In this document: one piece after another, positions 1 to 12,411 of the stretch
Position numbering within the stretch: the first letter of the stretch is position 1
Layout: each line of letters starts with the position of its first letter
Assembly: GCA_028534125.1 (NCBI GenBank)
Contig: CM052817.1
Location: forward strand, 5,768,001 to 5,832,000
Length of the DNA: 64,000 nucleotides
Reading direction: 5' to 3'
Origin: Lama glama
Taxonomy: Eukaryota
The notes under the pieces: generated by a model
What the model was told of the DNA's origin: nothing
Database searches by the model: none
What the model saw: the letters and a program-made list of their open reading frames with translations, nothing else
Made by a program: the position numbers and the translations under genes

Positions 1-400
1 GATGGAAGGATAAAGAAAATGTGGTATATACATATCATGGAATATTATTCAGCCTTTAAAAAGAGAAGGAAGTCTTGCATCATGTGATGACATGGCTGAA
101 CCTGGAGGACCTTATGCCTCATGAACTAAGCCGGTCACAGAGGACAAATACTGCATGGTTCCCATTATACGGCATGTCTAAAATAGTCAAACTCATAGAA
201 GTAGAGAGCTGGACAGTGGTTGCCAGGGGCTGGGGGAGGGGAAAAGTGGTGTTGCTAACCAAGATGTAAAGTTTCAGTTAAGCAGGATGAACAAGCTCTA
301 GAGATGCGCACAGTATGGTGCCTACATTAACAATACTGACTTGTGCCTGTACATATTTGTTAGAAGGGTACATCTCATGTGACATGTTCTCAGGACGGTA
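1..400 (+). mobile_element. L1 3' end fragment (L1MA/L1MB-type)
   Basis: Typical L1 ORF2-end and 3'UTR text: ataaagaaaatgtggtatatacata...ggaatattattcagcc...gacaaatactgcatg...gtggttgccaggggctgggg. Confidence 0.85.
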
Positions 401-1860
401 AGACAAGGGATGGAAAGCAGTCAGTGTGAGGAGGGGGAATGCTCCAGGGCTGAGATGTCAGCGCTGCTGGCTCTGGGAGGATTTTTTTTTTTTTTTGGTC
501 TATGCTTATGCAGTGGGGCTTACAAATATCCCCCAGTGGAATTTATAAAGTTACACAGCGTGTGCAAGTCAGAAAATTATGTCCCAGCAGAGGAGAGAAT
601 TCTGTTTAGAAATGTCATCGTTCTCAATCTAAATGTCTCATTAAATACAGATTCCATATGTGGTTTTATGATTCCAAGTGTTAACTTTAAGAAACGGATA
701 CATTCTTCCTCTGCTTTCTCAGAACAGGGAAGGTGGATTGTCTAGTACGATCCTGGTCTTGTAACGAGGAGGAAACAAGAGGACTAGTCCAAGGTCACGC
801 TGTTAACCAGACCAAGGAAAAGGTTAAACAAGTAAGGAGCGAGATGATTTCATTTCATCTCAATGTTTCCAAAAAGAGAATTCCAACAAATCAGGAGTTG
901 TTGAAATGAGGCAGACATTGTGGTTGTCACTTTCTGTGCTGTTGTCTTTCTCTCTCCAGAAAGGAGCTACTCCCCTTTCACGTCATCTCCCCTCTACACC
1001 CACAGACCCTCCCTGTCAACTTTTGGGGGACCCCAGGCTCATAAACGTGGAGGAGCTATTTTATCTGGGCCGCTTCAGAATTTCCCTTCTCCCTCCTTCT
1101 GGGTCCAGGCACGTGTGTCCTGGGCTACATAAGTGACTCAGTGTGTGCGCGCGTGTGTGTGTGGATGCTTCAGTCCCACAGCCTCCCTGCTAAGTGGCTG
1201 GCCAGCTGGCTTGCACACTTTCATGAGTGGGGAACCTGCCGCCCCGGGAGGCAATCCACTGCTTTCCAGACCCAACAATAACAATAGAGATCCGAGTCTG
1301 CCTCCTCAGCCCTCGAAGTCCTGAAGTCTGCCCCCTGGGGCCCCCGGGAGAGATGGGCGGCTGTTTCCATCAGAGAGTCAGGGACCTCACTGCACACCCC
1401 TCTTCTGGTTTCCCTGCCCACATCAACTCAGGCCCCAGGAAACTTTTCCTTTAAAGCCTTGAGATTTTCTCAGGCCAGCTCGCACGCTGAAGCCAGCCCA
1501 GCCAAGAGTACTTTAACTGAGATCATCTCAGTGTTGCTCACTGTGACTTCCTAATGCCCATTTTATTGAGAAATATGACTTGTAAATATTTCTGGGGATA
1601 AGCAGTTGGAATGAACGGGGGGCATTTATTAAGGGGTAGTTCTGGGCTGGCTGCTTCATGGAACACCTTGCACGGATCATTTCTTTCAATATTACGTTAT
1701 CCCACTTTACAGACACAGAAACTGAAGATCAGGCTGTGTTTTCCCAAAGGCACGGAGCCACTGGAGGTGGCAGAGCTGGGACTGGAACCCGGGCGTCCAG
1801 GGCCCAAGACCCAAACCAGCCCCCTCCCTCTGGTTCCTCCGTTGGTGCGGGGATGCTCAC

Positions 1861-2046
1861 CGCATCGAGATAGCGGAGCTGGTAGCAGGCCCTGGTGGTG
1901 ACCACGGTGATGACCTGCCAGGGGACGAAGGGACTCCTGAGCAGCTCCAGCGTGGCACCAGGCGGATGCTCCTCTGCACATGGCTCTCCTCCAGGACCAC
2001 CCCGCCACGTGGGAGGTGTCCTTTTGGCCCAGGACCGTCTGGAAAG
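1861..2046 (-). pseudogene. SLC2A9: SLC2A9 exon 7 equivalent (186 nt, two 1-nt deletions)
   Basis: ctggcag|CTTTCC...GATGCG|gtgagc; the GLUT9 peptide is split over three frames: AFQTVLGQKDTSHVA / VVLEESHVQRSIRLV / TLELLRSPFVPWQVITVVTTRACYQLRYLDA. Confidence 0.95.
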
Positions 2047-4029
2047 CTGCCAGCAGGGACGGGCACGGGTCGGCGGGGAGTGGGCTGCCTGCTGTGTGTG
2101 ATGCCGGGCCCTGCGGGGATGGTTGGCCCCAGACACACTCCCCGTCAGGGATGAAGCTGGCAGGGAACTTTGAACCATAAAGTACCAAGCCTTTGTGTAA
2201 AAGTGGGAAAACAGAGGCCCTGAGAGATGCAATGTCTTGCCCAAGGTCACCGAGTTGGCTGGGAAAAGAGGCAGGAGAGGACGAGGATCTCCTGAACCCA
2301 AAGCAGAGCACGCCCAGTGTTCAAATCCCGTCTCCACCACTGGGTAGATGAACAGTGCCCCGTGCCTCACGTGGCTGCTGCAACACACACTAAACCCTGG
2401 CTCGATGAATATTTATTGAGCGCCTTCTGTTTACCCAGCCCTATATGTTCATCCTCATTGGAGGCATCCAGATGAAGGTCAGATCGCCACTTGGCCAGGA
2501 TGCCTGGGAGCCGATTCTGTCATCGAGGGAGGATTGAACTAAATGAACTTCAGAGCCACATGCCCCCCTGAAACACAGAAACCTTGGCTGGAAATCGTGT
2601 CAAAGAGCTAATCTTCCTAGGATTCAAGCTTACCCATGTGACAGGCCTTTTACAGGCTGAACACTGCAATTTTCCAGCCTCAGCAAACCTGTCATTTTTT
2701 TTTAACCTAGCCTTTAATTGTGTAACCCTACATGGATATATGCGCAAAGGTGGGCTGACTGATTAGGACCCTGAGATCACAACAATCAGACCATGAGAGA
2801 CACTTCTAGCCCGTGGATTTAAATATTCAGCACTCCGACATACATCTTCCTAGAGCGAAGGCGGCTCTGGGATGACTCCTGCAGATAGTCCATTCCAGAC
2901 ACAGTGGGCATCGTCCTAAAAACACTGCTCTGCACCACAGGCCATGTAAAAGTGCTCTTCTTACGTAGCATGAAGAAAAGAAAAAAGCTGTTAAACTTCT
3001 CCAGATTCTCCAAGAAGCAAGCCCACAAAGGTTCTACGGTGTTATTTCCGGTAGCATCTTAAAAACTGCTTCGGAATGTCTCTTTTGCAATCTGTTACTT
3101 AATACATTTCCTAGCATTTATTAAGAATGAGTGGAAGAAGCAGCTGAATGAGTAATGCTCCTGTATCACGCACTAAACCATAATATTTCTCACTATTCAA
3201 CATTCTCAAACTTTCTCAACATTTCATTTCTCAAACTGCAACATTCATGTGATAAAGTAATCTTCGCATTCTTAGGGCAGGAAAATATTTCTCTCTCCTC
3301 CCTGACATATATGCTTTCCATATAAAACAAAGAGAAACTTTAGCATCTTCTTTTTTTTTTTCCCTTTTCATCCTGGCTGCTAGGAAGTTCTCATTTAAAA
3401 TCAGTGGTCAACTCTTAGAGTTTCCTGAAACAAAAATTTCTCTTCTTCCTCTTAAAAGTTTTAATCTCCTTCTTCTTTTAAGGCATCTATTTAATTGTCC
3501 TGCTGTATATGTGTTCATAAAAATAGTTTGTTTTCACTTGTCCCATACCCCTTCTTATATGGTTCCCGTGACTGAGATGGAGTGTCTTTTGTGACTGGTG
3601 TGGCAGACATGGAGAGGCACCACTCAGCTCCCCTTCAGTAAAGTACTTGGCCGCTGGGCTGTGAGGAGTGTGGTTAGCTGACAGCCTCCAGCTCTTAGCT
3701 TCGTGGGCGTTCACCTCAACTTTGAAGCCCAGGAGGTGCTATTCTCATAGTGGCCCCAGTCCATGCCTGAGCAGGGCGGTGGCACAAAGACCCAGTCATT
3801 CCTGCCCGTGGGGACCCCTGTAATGTGCAAGCATTGCTCCAGGGCTCCGGTGGGGCTTGCAGAGAACTTGGGGTCTGATGCTTCCCCTGCTCAATCTGCT
3901 TCCAACCTTTCCTCGCCCAGGTGTTACTCCCCAGTGAAACTTCTGCACTCTGAACTCCTCCTCAGACTCTGCTTCCTGGAGAAGCCAGCCTGCAACAACT
4001 AATTACTTGACAGAGAGAAATAATCAATC

Positions 4030-4560
4030 AGCTTCGCTCTATTTCCAACTTCGGAAGTGCCAAGACGTTCTGGTCCTCATACCTTTTCCTGAACTATTTC
4101 AGTAGCTGCTAAACACTCTCCCGGGTCCAGTCTTCTCACGCCCTGTGGAGCTCCTATCAAACCTCTTCTCCACGCTGCTGCATCAGCACAGTCTCACCAC
4201 TGTGTTTGCTTGTAAAAGGCTACGCAGCCGGTACATTCTGCACAGAGGGAAGCCCAGGCTCCCTGGCCTGCCCACGGCCCTTCCCACTGCCTCCATCTTT
4301 GCACACATCTCTCTCAGACTTGCAACCTGCTCCTCCTTCCCACACATGCTGTGCTTTCTTGGCTCTCTGCACTCAGCCACGCCCGTCCGCCTGCCAGGAA
4401 TGCTCTTCTGCCTCTCCTTGCCTGGCTAACTTCTCCTCCCTCCTCGATGCCCTGGCCGCCCAGGGCTCTCACAGTCCCCTGTGCTTTCCCATCTCAGCAC
4501 TTTCTCCCCATATCATCACTGGCACCTCCTTTCCACTTGTTGTGACCACCTGAGGCTCCC
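4030..4560 (+). mobile_element. L2 LINE fragment
   Basis: Degenerate L2 3' region motifs (ctgccaggaatgctctt...cctggctaacttc). Confidence 0.55.
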
Positions 4561-4761
4561 TTCCTGTTGCCTGGTGATGAACTGGTGCCAAGTCCATGTG
4601 TGCTGAACCAACCCAGCTGGTACACCCACTCCCTTCCTTTAAAGCAGCATGTCTCCACCTTGGCAGTAAGGACACCTGGAGCCGTCCTGTGCATTGTAAG
4701 ATGCTTAGTAGCATCCTTGCCCTCTACCCACTAGACACTAGGAGAACCCTCTCAGTTGTGA

Positions 4762-5766
4762 TGAATGAATGGATACAGAAAATGTATACACACACAAAAT
4801 GGAATATTATTAAGCCTTAAAAAAGGAGGAAATCCTGCCATCTGCAACAGCATGGATGGACCTTAAGGTCCATTCATTACGTTAAGTGACATAAGTCAGA
4901 CAGAGAAAGACAAATACTGTATGATCTCCCTTGCATGTGGACTCTGACTGCCCCTACCCCACACCGAGCTCATAGGTGCAGAGCACAGACTGGTGGTTGC
5001 CAGAGGAAGGAGGTGGTGGGTGGGGAGAGTTGAGGGAGGTGGTTAAAAGATACAAACGTCTTGTTATAAAAGACATAAGTCCTGGGGACATAATATACAG
5101 CACAGTGACTATAGTTAATAAGACTGTATTGGATACTTGAAAATTGCTAAGAGAGAGGCTCTTAAAAGTTCTCATCACAAGAAAAAAATCCTGCAACGTG
5201 TGAGGTGATAGACGCTAACCAGATCATTTCACAACACAGTGATCATTGTACAATACAGGCGTCCCCCGCTTTTTGAAAATTTGCTTTATGACACTCAGCT
5301 TTTACAAAAGACCTACATTAATACTTATTTTCAGCAACCTAAAGAAATCCGAAGATGATTTTCCCTTTTGCAAAAAAAAGACAAAAATCAAAACTAGCCT
5401 TCAGCATGTGTTTCGCGGGGAGCTGTTGAGCACCCAAGCGGCGCGGGGAGAACAGCGCCGCCAAGCTCCTTCCCCCGGAACTACACTCAGCATTTCTGCA
5501 TCAAGTCTCCACAGCTTTGAACATGTCTGCGAGCTTCTGTGCCCTGTCTGGATATACTTTTTGCATCTCATCCATTAGCAAGAAGTGTTCTAAACTAACT
5601 TTTCTTTGCTTTGCACCACTCAGCTTAGGAAAGGTTTCGTAGGAACACTCTACGTTCAGAGGGCGGAGAATACCTGTACGTACAGGTATCAAATTGTTAC
5701 GTTGTGTGCCTGAAACTAATGCAGTGTTGTATGTCTACAACAGCTCAATAAAGAAATGAACAGATT
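4762..5766 (+). mobile_element. L1MA-type 3' end, interrupted by a Tigger MITE
   Basis: L1 3'UTR motifs (ggaatattattaagcc, gacaaatactgtatgatctc, ataagtcctggggaca...) continue after 5678 to an aataaa tail. Confidence 0.85.
5256..5676. mobile_element. TcMar-Tigger-type MITE (421 bp)
   Basis: Imperfect TIRs CAGGCGTCCCCCGCTTTTTGAA / (rev-comp) CAGGTATTCTCCGCCCTCTGAA; TA dinucleotides at 5254-5255 and 5677-5678. Confidence 0.8.
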
Positions 5767-6048
5767 CAAAAATGTCTCCAGACACTGCCAATTGTCTCCT
5801 GGGGCAAAGTCATGACCCTGTTCCCAACCACTGCCTGGAACTGTTGTAGGCGCCTGGCTCCTCCTGGGACGTGCAGCACCATCCAACGCCAGCTCACGAG
5901 CCCTCAGCATAGCACTGGCTCTTCATGAGCCCTGAGCACCATAAGCCCACAACTGTTACGGAAGGTACTCGCTACATCCTCCTGTCCCTTCCTTCTTTTT
6001 TACCTTCCTTTTATCTAAAACTGACAATGGGTGCAGAACACTCTCACC

Positions 6049-6473
6049 TGCTGTGGGTTGAACTGTGTCCTCATAAACATATATTCAAGCCCTAACCTCT
6101 ACCCGTGAAAGTGACTTTATTTGGAAATAGGGTCTTCGCAGATGTAATTATGATGTCAGTTAAGAGGAGTTCACACTGGAGGAAGGCAGGCCCTTAGTCG
6201 AATATGACTCTTGTCCTCATAAGGAGAGGAGACACAGAGACAGACCTACACAGGGAAGACGGTCATGTGACGACGGAGGCAGAGATTGGGGCGATGCAGC
6301 TGGAGGCAGAGGACTGCCAAGGACTGCCAGCAGCACCAGAGGCGGGAGAGAAGGCAGGTCCCGCCGACACCCTGACTTTGGACCTCTGGTCTCCAGAACT
6401 GTGAGAGAATCAATTTCTGCTGTCCTACAGCCATCTGACTGTGGTGTTTCGTTACAGCAAAAACCACACTTCA
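6049..6473 (+). mobile_element. MaLR solo LTR (MLT1B/C-like)
   Basis: TG...CA ends, perfect 5-bp TSD TCACC (6044-6048, 6474-6478), MLT1 motif ttatttggaaatagggtcttcgcagatgtaatt. Confidence 0.9.
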
Positions 6474-7199
6474 TCACCTCTGTTAGCATTTATCACCTTG
6501 CGCTACAGCAAAGCACCGAACCACCTGGAGACTTATTCTCGTGACCTGGAGGGGCCCCAGTACCAGGCCAGCCAAGGGATTTTAGGGGGAGCACAGGGCG
6601 ACGGCTCTTTGCAGTCATGTGTCAAAAATAGCCCTGAACTCAGCACCGCGCAGGCCTCAGCGCTCCTAAAAACAGGCTCCATCCAAGCATTTGTTTTCAC
6701 CTGCTATTGGTGTTTAAGAGGAGGAGGAAGTCACGGGGTTTTTAACTTAGGTTTGGCTTCTTTGTACAACCGACAGCAGTGCGATCCTTAGTAGGCTATG
6801 TGAGAGTCGGGGAGTAAAATATACTGGAACTCATGTTTGTGGTTTCATGAAGGTTCATGATGGGCCAACCCCAGAGCCTCCACCTGGCCCGTGTGAGGGG
6901 CGTGGGGCTCCACCGTGCACAGGGGCTGACAGGGAGCCCTTGAACTCTCTTTGCTTTTGGCGCAGAGTGAGCTAGTGCCGTTCCTCGTGCAGTTTACTGG
7001 GTGGCGGAATTGGGGATGGCGCTGCTAGGGTTTAACGGAATCAACTCTAACAAATGTGCAGGCGGCTAATAAAGAATGCGGCAAGGAACCACAGCTTAAA
7101 GACAAAACTAAAAGCGCCGGCACAAGGACGGAACAGCAGACTGCCACCTGTACGCCAGGAACACGCCTGTCGTCAGCTCCAGGCTGGGACAGGAGGCGG

Positions 7200-7600
7200 C
7201 CTCGCAGAGGTTTTAAAAGTTAAGACATAAGCAATCTATCTCTTCAAGGTAAGGTGCCCTACTAACAAGAGCGAGACAGTAGCAAGCTTTTGATAGAAAT
7301 TGTTCCATGAAGAAAAGATGTTTGGAAATGTTTTTGTCACCACGTGGATTGGCCGCCAAAGCAACGTACACAGGTCACCGATTCAAACTCTCATGTCTGC
7401 ACATAAAAGAAATTGCAAACGGTGCTAAAATAATTCCTATTTAAAAAATTCCAAAAGAAGAGTTTCAGTGGGTTTTGCTAAATGTTGTTTGTTGAAATGC
7501 AAGAAAGGCAACACCTGCCGATCAGTTTGCAAGAACAAGTGACCGCTGACGGGAAGATGGAACTCTGCCAGCTGCTCGTCCTCCTCCCCTGGGTGGTCCA
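7200..7600 (+). mobile_element. Possible decayed hAT (Charlie-like) transposase fragment
   Basis: AT-rich stretch resembling hAT internal sequence (gaagagtttcagtgggttt...ttgcaagaacaa...gatgg); weak. Confidence 0.3.
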
Positions 7601-8429
7601 GCCCTGGCGGTGGGGTTGCACGGTGAGTTCAGCCCGCCTTGCCGCCTTCTCCCATTTGGATCTACATCATTTGCTGAGGCTCCCCTTCAGCTGTCATCGC
7701 CATCGAGGCCGATATTGAAATAATACTGTTTATGACTTGCTGAGGGTTCCTCTCGGCCGGCCACCGTTCTACAGGCTGCATGTGCCTGTGTTTACTCAAC
7801 TCTCATGTCACCACCCTCTGAAGTGACACTGTTAGTGCCCATTTTGCAGGTGAAAAGCGGGAAGAAACTTGCCCACAGTCAGGAGACCTGGGGTCCCCGA
7901 GAGCAGAGCCTGAGACAAGGATCGGGTGCGGGAAGCTGACACAAATGACTGCAGACAGCAGGTGGGAGCAGGCGGGGAGCGCGGGGCAGGGGAGGAGGAG
8001 GCCGTTCAGGGCTCGTCTTGGGGAAGGAGGCTTCTGTGGACAAAGGGGGTCAATTCCACTGGACTTCTGAGCAGCCCATGGGAACATCTCCCAAAACTGT
8101 CTCACGGGGGTGGCCGCCCAGGGGATTAACTCCCTCAGGTCCACACAGCACTGCAGACAGGCTGAGTGGCATTCCAGCCATGGAGGAGGCCTGAGTGTGC
8201 TGGAGGTGGGGGAATGTCACCTTACACCTGCACTCCCGCGGGACTAAAGTCAGGGTGGGCCTTGGGAGGATGTGACCCAAGGATGCCACTCACTACTGTC
8301 ACCAGCTGGTGATGGAGTAGCTGGGATTAGAACCAAGCAGGGGCTCCTAAAACTTGACTCCCTCCCAATGCTTGGTTATGTTCCCTGGGACTTAGAACCA
8401 GACCTTTCAGATCTTTGAAATGCTGTCTT

Positions 8430-8495
8430 CCTTTGTTTCCTTCCTTCCTTCCTCCTTCTGCCCCTCCCTCCGTCCTTCCTTCCTTCCCTCTCTTC
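8430..8495. repeat. (TTCC)n-like polypyrimidine tract
   Basis: tttccttccttccttcctccttctg...ccttccttccttccc. Confidence 0.8.
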
Positions 8496-9278
8496 CTAAA
8501 TTTCATTCCATGTCCTGAGTTCCTGAAAGAGATGGGGAGCATCCTCTGTCTTTTACTCAGCCATCTGTGTGCCCATCCTTTTCATCAAACTGAGACAAAT
8601 GTCTGGGCTGCAAATTCAGCAGTGACCTCATCACCCACCGGGAGCACAGAGAGGAGTGATCTGTACTAACTCCCATACTATTTTTCTCACCCAGAGCCCA
8701 CGAGTAGCTACATTCTTTTCCCTCCAGTCTTTAGGGGAAGGCCTGGAATCAGCCTCCAGAGCAGGGATCCCACTCACCAAGGGGCAGGAAACTGCCGGGG
8801 TGACAGAGCCTGTCCCTGCGTGATGTCGGGGGTGTCCTGCATGGATAAATGGCCGCCAGCTGTGGTCCCACCAGCTCCGGGCAGGTGCTCATGCTGGTGT
8901 GAGGCTCACAACATTTCATGCCAGAGGCTGGGTCTTATTCAGGGCCTGGTGTGCAGCAGGTGCTCAAACCATGTTGGAGACCCCATTCATATTTGCTGAT
9001 GTTTAGTCTGGAGAACAGGGTGCGCTGGGAGGAGAAGCCTGGGTGGGGGTGGGGTGGTCTTGCTCTTCTTGGCCTGGAGCCAGACAGGAACTGAGGGCAG
9101 CAGCTGTGACGCACTGGATGTCAGCTCACCACCAGCTTCCCTGGAGAAGACTGGGTGACTGCTGTGTTCAAGGGTGGGCTGCGTGGTCTCTGGAGCAGTG
9201 AGTTCCCCATTCCTGGAGGTATGCAAGGAGAGGCTCAATGACCACCTGTCAGAGATGTTGCAGGAGGAACCCAGGCAT

Positions 9279-10099
9279 TTTTTGATGTGCCTATTGGCCA
9301 TTTGTATGTCTTCATTGGAGAACTGCCTGTTTAGGTCTTCTGTCCATTTTTGGATTGGGGTTTTTTGTTGCTGTTGTTATTAAGTTGTATGAGCTGTTTA
9401 TATATTCTGGAAATTAAGCCCTTGGTCAGTCTCATCTTTTGCAAATATTTTCTCTCATTCCATAGATTGTCTTTTTGTTTTGTTTATAGTTTCCTTTGCT
9501 GGCCAAAAGCTTGTAAGTTTAATTAGGTCCCATTTATTTATTTTTGCTTTGATTTCTGTTGCCTGGGTAGACTGCCCTAGGAGAACACTGCGAAGATTTA
9601 TGTCAGAGAAGTTTTGCCTATGTTTTCTTCTAAGTGGTTTATCGTGTCTTGTCTTATATTTAAGTCTTTAAGCCATTTTGAGTTTATTTTTGTGTGTGGT
9701 GTGAGGGCGTGTTCGAGCTTCACTGATTTACATACTGCTGTCTGGTTTTCCCAACACCACTTACTAGAGACTGTCTGTTCTCCATTGTGTATTCTTGCCT
9801 CCTCTGTTGAATATTAATTGACCACAAGTGGGTGGGTTTGTTTCTGGGCTCTCTATTCTGTTCCGTTGATCTATATGCCTGTTTTTATGCCACTACCATG
9901 CCGTTTTGATTACTGCAGCTCTGTAGTATTGTCTGAAGTCTGGGAGGGTTATTCCTCCAGCTTCGTTCTTTGGCAATTCTGGGTCTTTTGTGATTCCATA
10001 CAAATTTTAGGATTGTTTGTTCTAGTTCTGTGAAAAATGTCCTAGGTAATTTGATAGGGATCGCATTAAATCTGTAGATTGCTTTGGGTAGCGTGGCCA
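9279..10099 (-). mobile_element. L1 ORF2 fragment, truncated at both 5' and 3' ends, with an 11-bp TSD
   Basis: ORF 9885..10100 [44 protein letters not shown] is L1 ORF2; flanked by AACCCAGGCAT at 9268-9278 and 10100-10110. Confidence 0.9.
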
Positions 10100-11254
10100 A
10101 ACCCAGGCATCAAACAGAAGATGGACGAACCCTGGGAGTGTTGCAGGTCCTGTGGAGACTGGGAGAGGAGGAGGCACAGCACCTACGGGGCAGGGAGAGG
10201 AGAGCAGGGGACAGGCACATGCTGCTGTAACTGGCTGTCTGTGGAGAGAGAGGAAAGGGCTTTAAAAACTTGTAGTCTGTGAGCCCATTTCAAAAAGACA
10301 CCTGCTGTGGAAGATGACTTTCCCAGAGGAGTCCGTTCTCTTGAATTTCCAAGCCATTTAAATAGTTTATCCGATCTACCCCAGGTCCTCCCCTCCTGGC
10401 TCAGACTCCCACCCTCGCCCTGCAGCTCACACCTCATTCATATTCCTGGCCATGCTCTAATCACTAACTCCAAAGGACTTGAAAAAGGAGTGAGAATTTG
10501 CATTTCCTAACAGGAAAGAAACCCCTCTGGGCAGCACGCTCAACTCTCAGGCTGGGAAGGGGAGTCACTCTGTAACCAGGTCTTGTTCCAGTTGAAGACT
10601 CGCCTTTATTCAAGGGGACTCAGGCCAGCAAGCAAGGGCGAGGAGGCTAACATTTATTGTGTGCCTAGTGTGTGCCAGACCCCGGGCTGGGCGCCTTACG
10701 GACTTTGCTGTGATTCCTAGTGTTGTTTCGTCCACTGAGCCCCAGGGAAATTAGGACGATTCCAGGTAGAAAGGGAGGGAGTCAATGTTCCAACCTGGTT
10801 CTATCTGATCTTTCTTTCCACACACCTCAAAGGATGATGAAAAGAAACTGCAGGGCTGAGAAGCTAACGGAACCAAATTCAGTTTATTTCCATTAACCTG
10901 CAGCTTCTGAGAGCCTGCTATATGCCAGGAGCTGGGAAGGCCTACTGCATTAAGGAAAAAATAAGGCATGGATTCTTTTTGAAGGAGTTCTCTCAGGTGG
11001 AGCCAAAACACAGCTCACAGCCACTCCAGGTGGACGGTGATGGATGCGGAACCTGCAGGAGCCTCACAAAACCCCTGCAAGGTCAGTGGTCTCACTGCCG
11101 TTTAACAGATGGGGAAACCAAGGTTCAGCAGGATGAAGGGGTGTGCCCAAGTCACACAGGGGAGCTGTCACTTCCACTCCCATGTGCCTCTGTCCACAGG
11201 TACGACACAAGCCTGGCTCAGAGGATGACGCTGATGGGAGGTGGTCACAGACAG

Positions 11255-12410
11255 CAGGCCTCCTTGTATCGTACAAGCTTGTTCATCTTGCATAATTGAA
11301 ACTTTATATCCACTGGTGGCAACTTCCCATTTCCCCCTTCCCCTGCCTCAGTCCCTAGCAGTCACTATTCCGCAGTTTGATTCTATGAATTTGACTATTC
11401 CAGATACTTCATACAGTACTTGCCCTTCTGTGACTGATTTATTTCACTTAGCATAATGTCCTTCGGTCCATCCGTGCTGTCTCATACTGCAAGATTTCCC
11501 TTTTTTTTTTTTTTTTGGTCAGGCTGAGTAATATTCCATTGTATGTATATGCCATGTTTTCTTGATCCATTCATCCAATGATGAACATTTCGGTTGTTTC
11601 CACATCTTGGCTGTTGTAAATAATGCTGCAATGCTCATAGGAGGAGGAATGCTAATATCGCTTAGAAATCGGGGTTTCAATTTGTGGATAAAATCCCAGA
11701 ATTGGGCTTGCTGGGTCATGTGGTGGTTCTATTTTTCATTTTCTGAGGCGTCTCCAAACTGTCTTCTCTAGCAAACATACCATTTTGCATACCAACCGTG
11801 TGCAGTGGTGTAAGTTTTCCAATTTCTCCACATCCTTGCCAACATTGTCTTTTGTGTTTTGGCAACAGCCATTTGACAGGTGTAAGATGACATCTCATTG
11901 TGGTTTTGATTTGTATTTCCCCGATGATTTGTGTGTCTTCTTTGGAGAAATGTCTATGAATTCAATGTCTGCCTGTTTTAAAAATTAGGTTATTAGTTTC
12001 TTTTGTTTTTTGCTGTGGAGATGTACAAGTTCCCTATATATTTTTCAGATTAGCTCCTTATCAGGTAGATGGTTTGCTAATCTCTTCTCTCATTCTATAG
12101 GCTGCTTTTGCACTCTCCTGATAATCTCCTTTGCTGTGCAGAAGCTTTTTACTTCGATATAGTTCCGCTTGTCTATTTTTGCATTTGTTTCCTGTGCTTT
12201 TGGTGTCAAATTAAAAAAAAATCATTACCAAGACCAAGGTGATGAGATTTTCCCCCTATGTTTTCTTCTGGGAGTTTGATATTTTCAGGCCTTACATTTA
12301 AGTGTTTCATTAGTTTTGTGTTGATTTTTGTGTATGGTGTACATTAAGGGTCCAACTTCATTCTTCTGCATACATATATCCAGTTTTCCCAACACTACTT
12401 GTTGAAGCTA
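11255..12410 (-). mobile_element. L1MA-type ORF2 C-terminus and 3'UTR
   Basis: ORF 11519..11719 contains IAALFTTAKMWKQPKCSSLDEWIKKTWHIHTMEYYSA (L1 ORF2 end). Confidence 0.9.
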
Positions 12411-12411
12411 C

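Larger units (their letters stand above)
4644..5833 (+). mobile_element. MER20-like hAT MITE, split into ~4644-4761 and ~5767-5833 by an L1 insertion
   Basis: gtcctgtgcattgtaagatgcttagtagcatcc...ctctacccactaga...cagttgtga, resuming as caaaaatgtctccagacactgccaattgtc...aaccactg. Confidence 0.75.

Noticed and set aside
1697..2388. Overlapping 204-aa and 219-aa minus-strand ORFs
   Set aside because: They are alternative frames running through the frameshifted exon 7 and GC-rich flanking intron, not separate genes.
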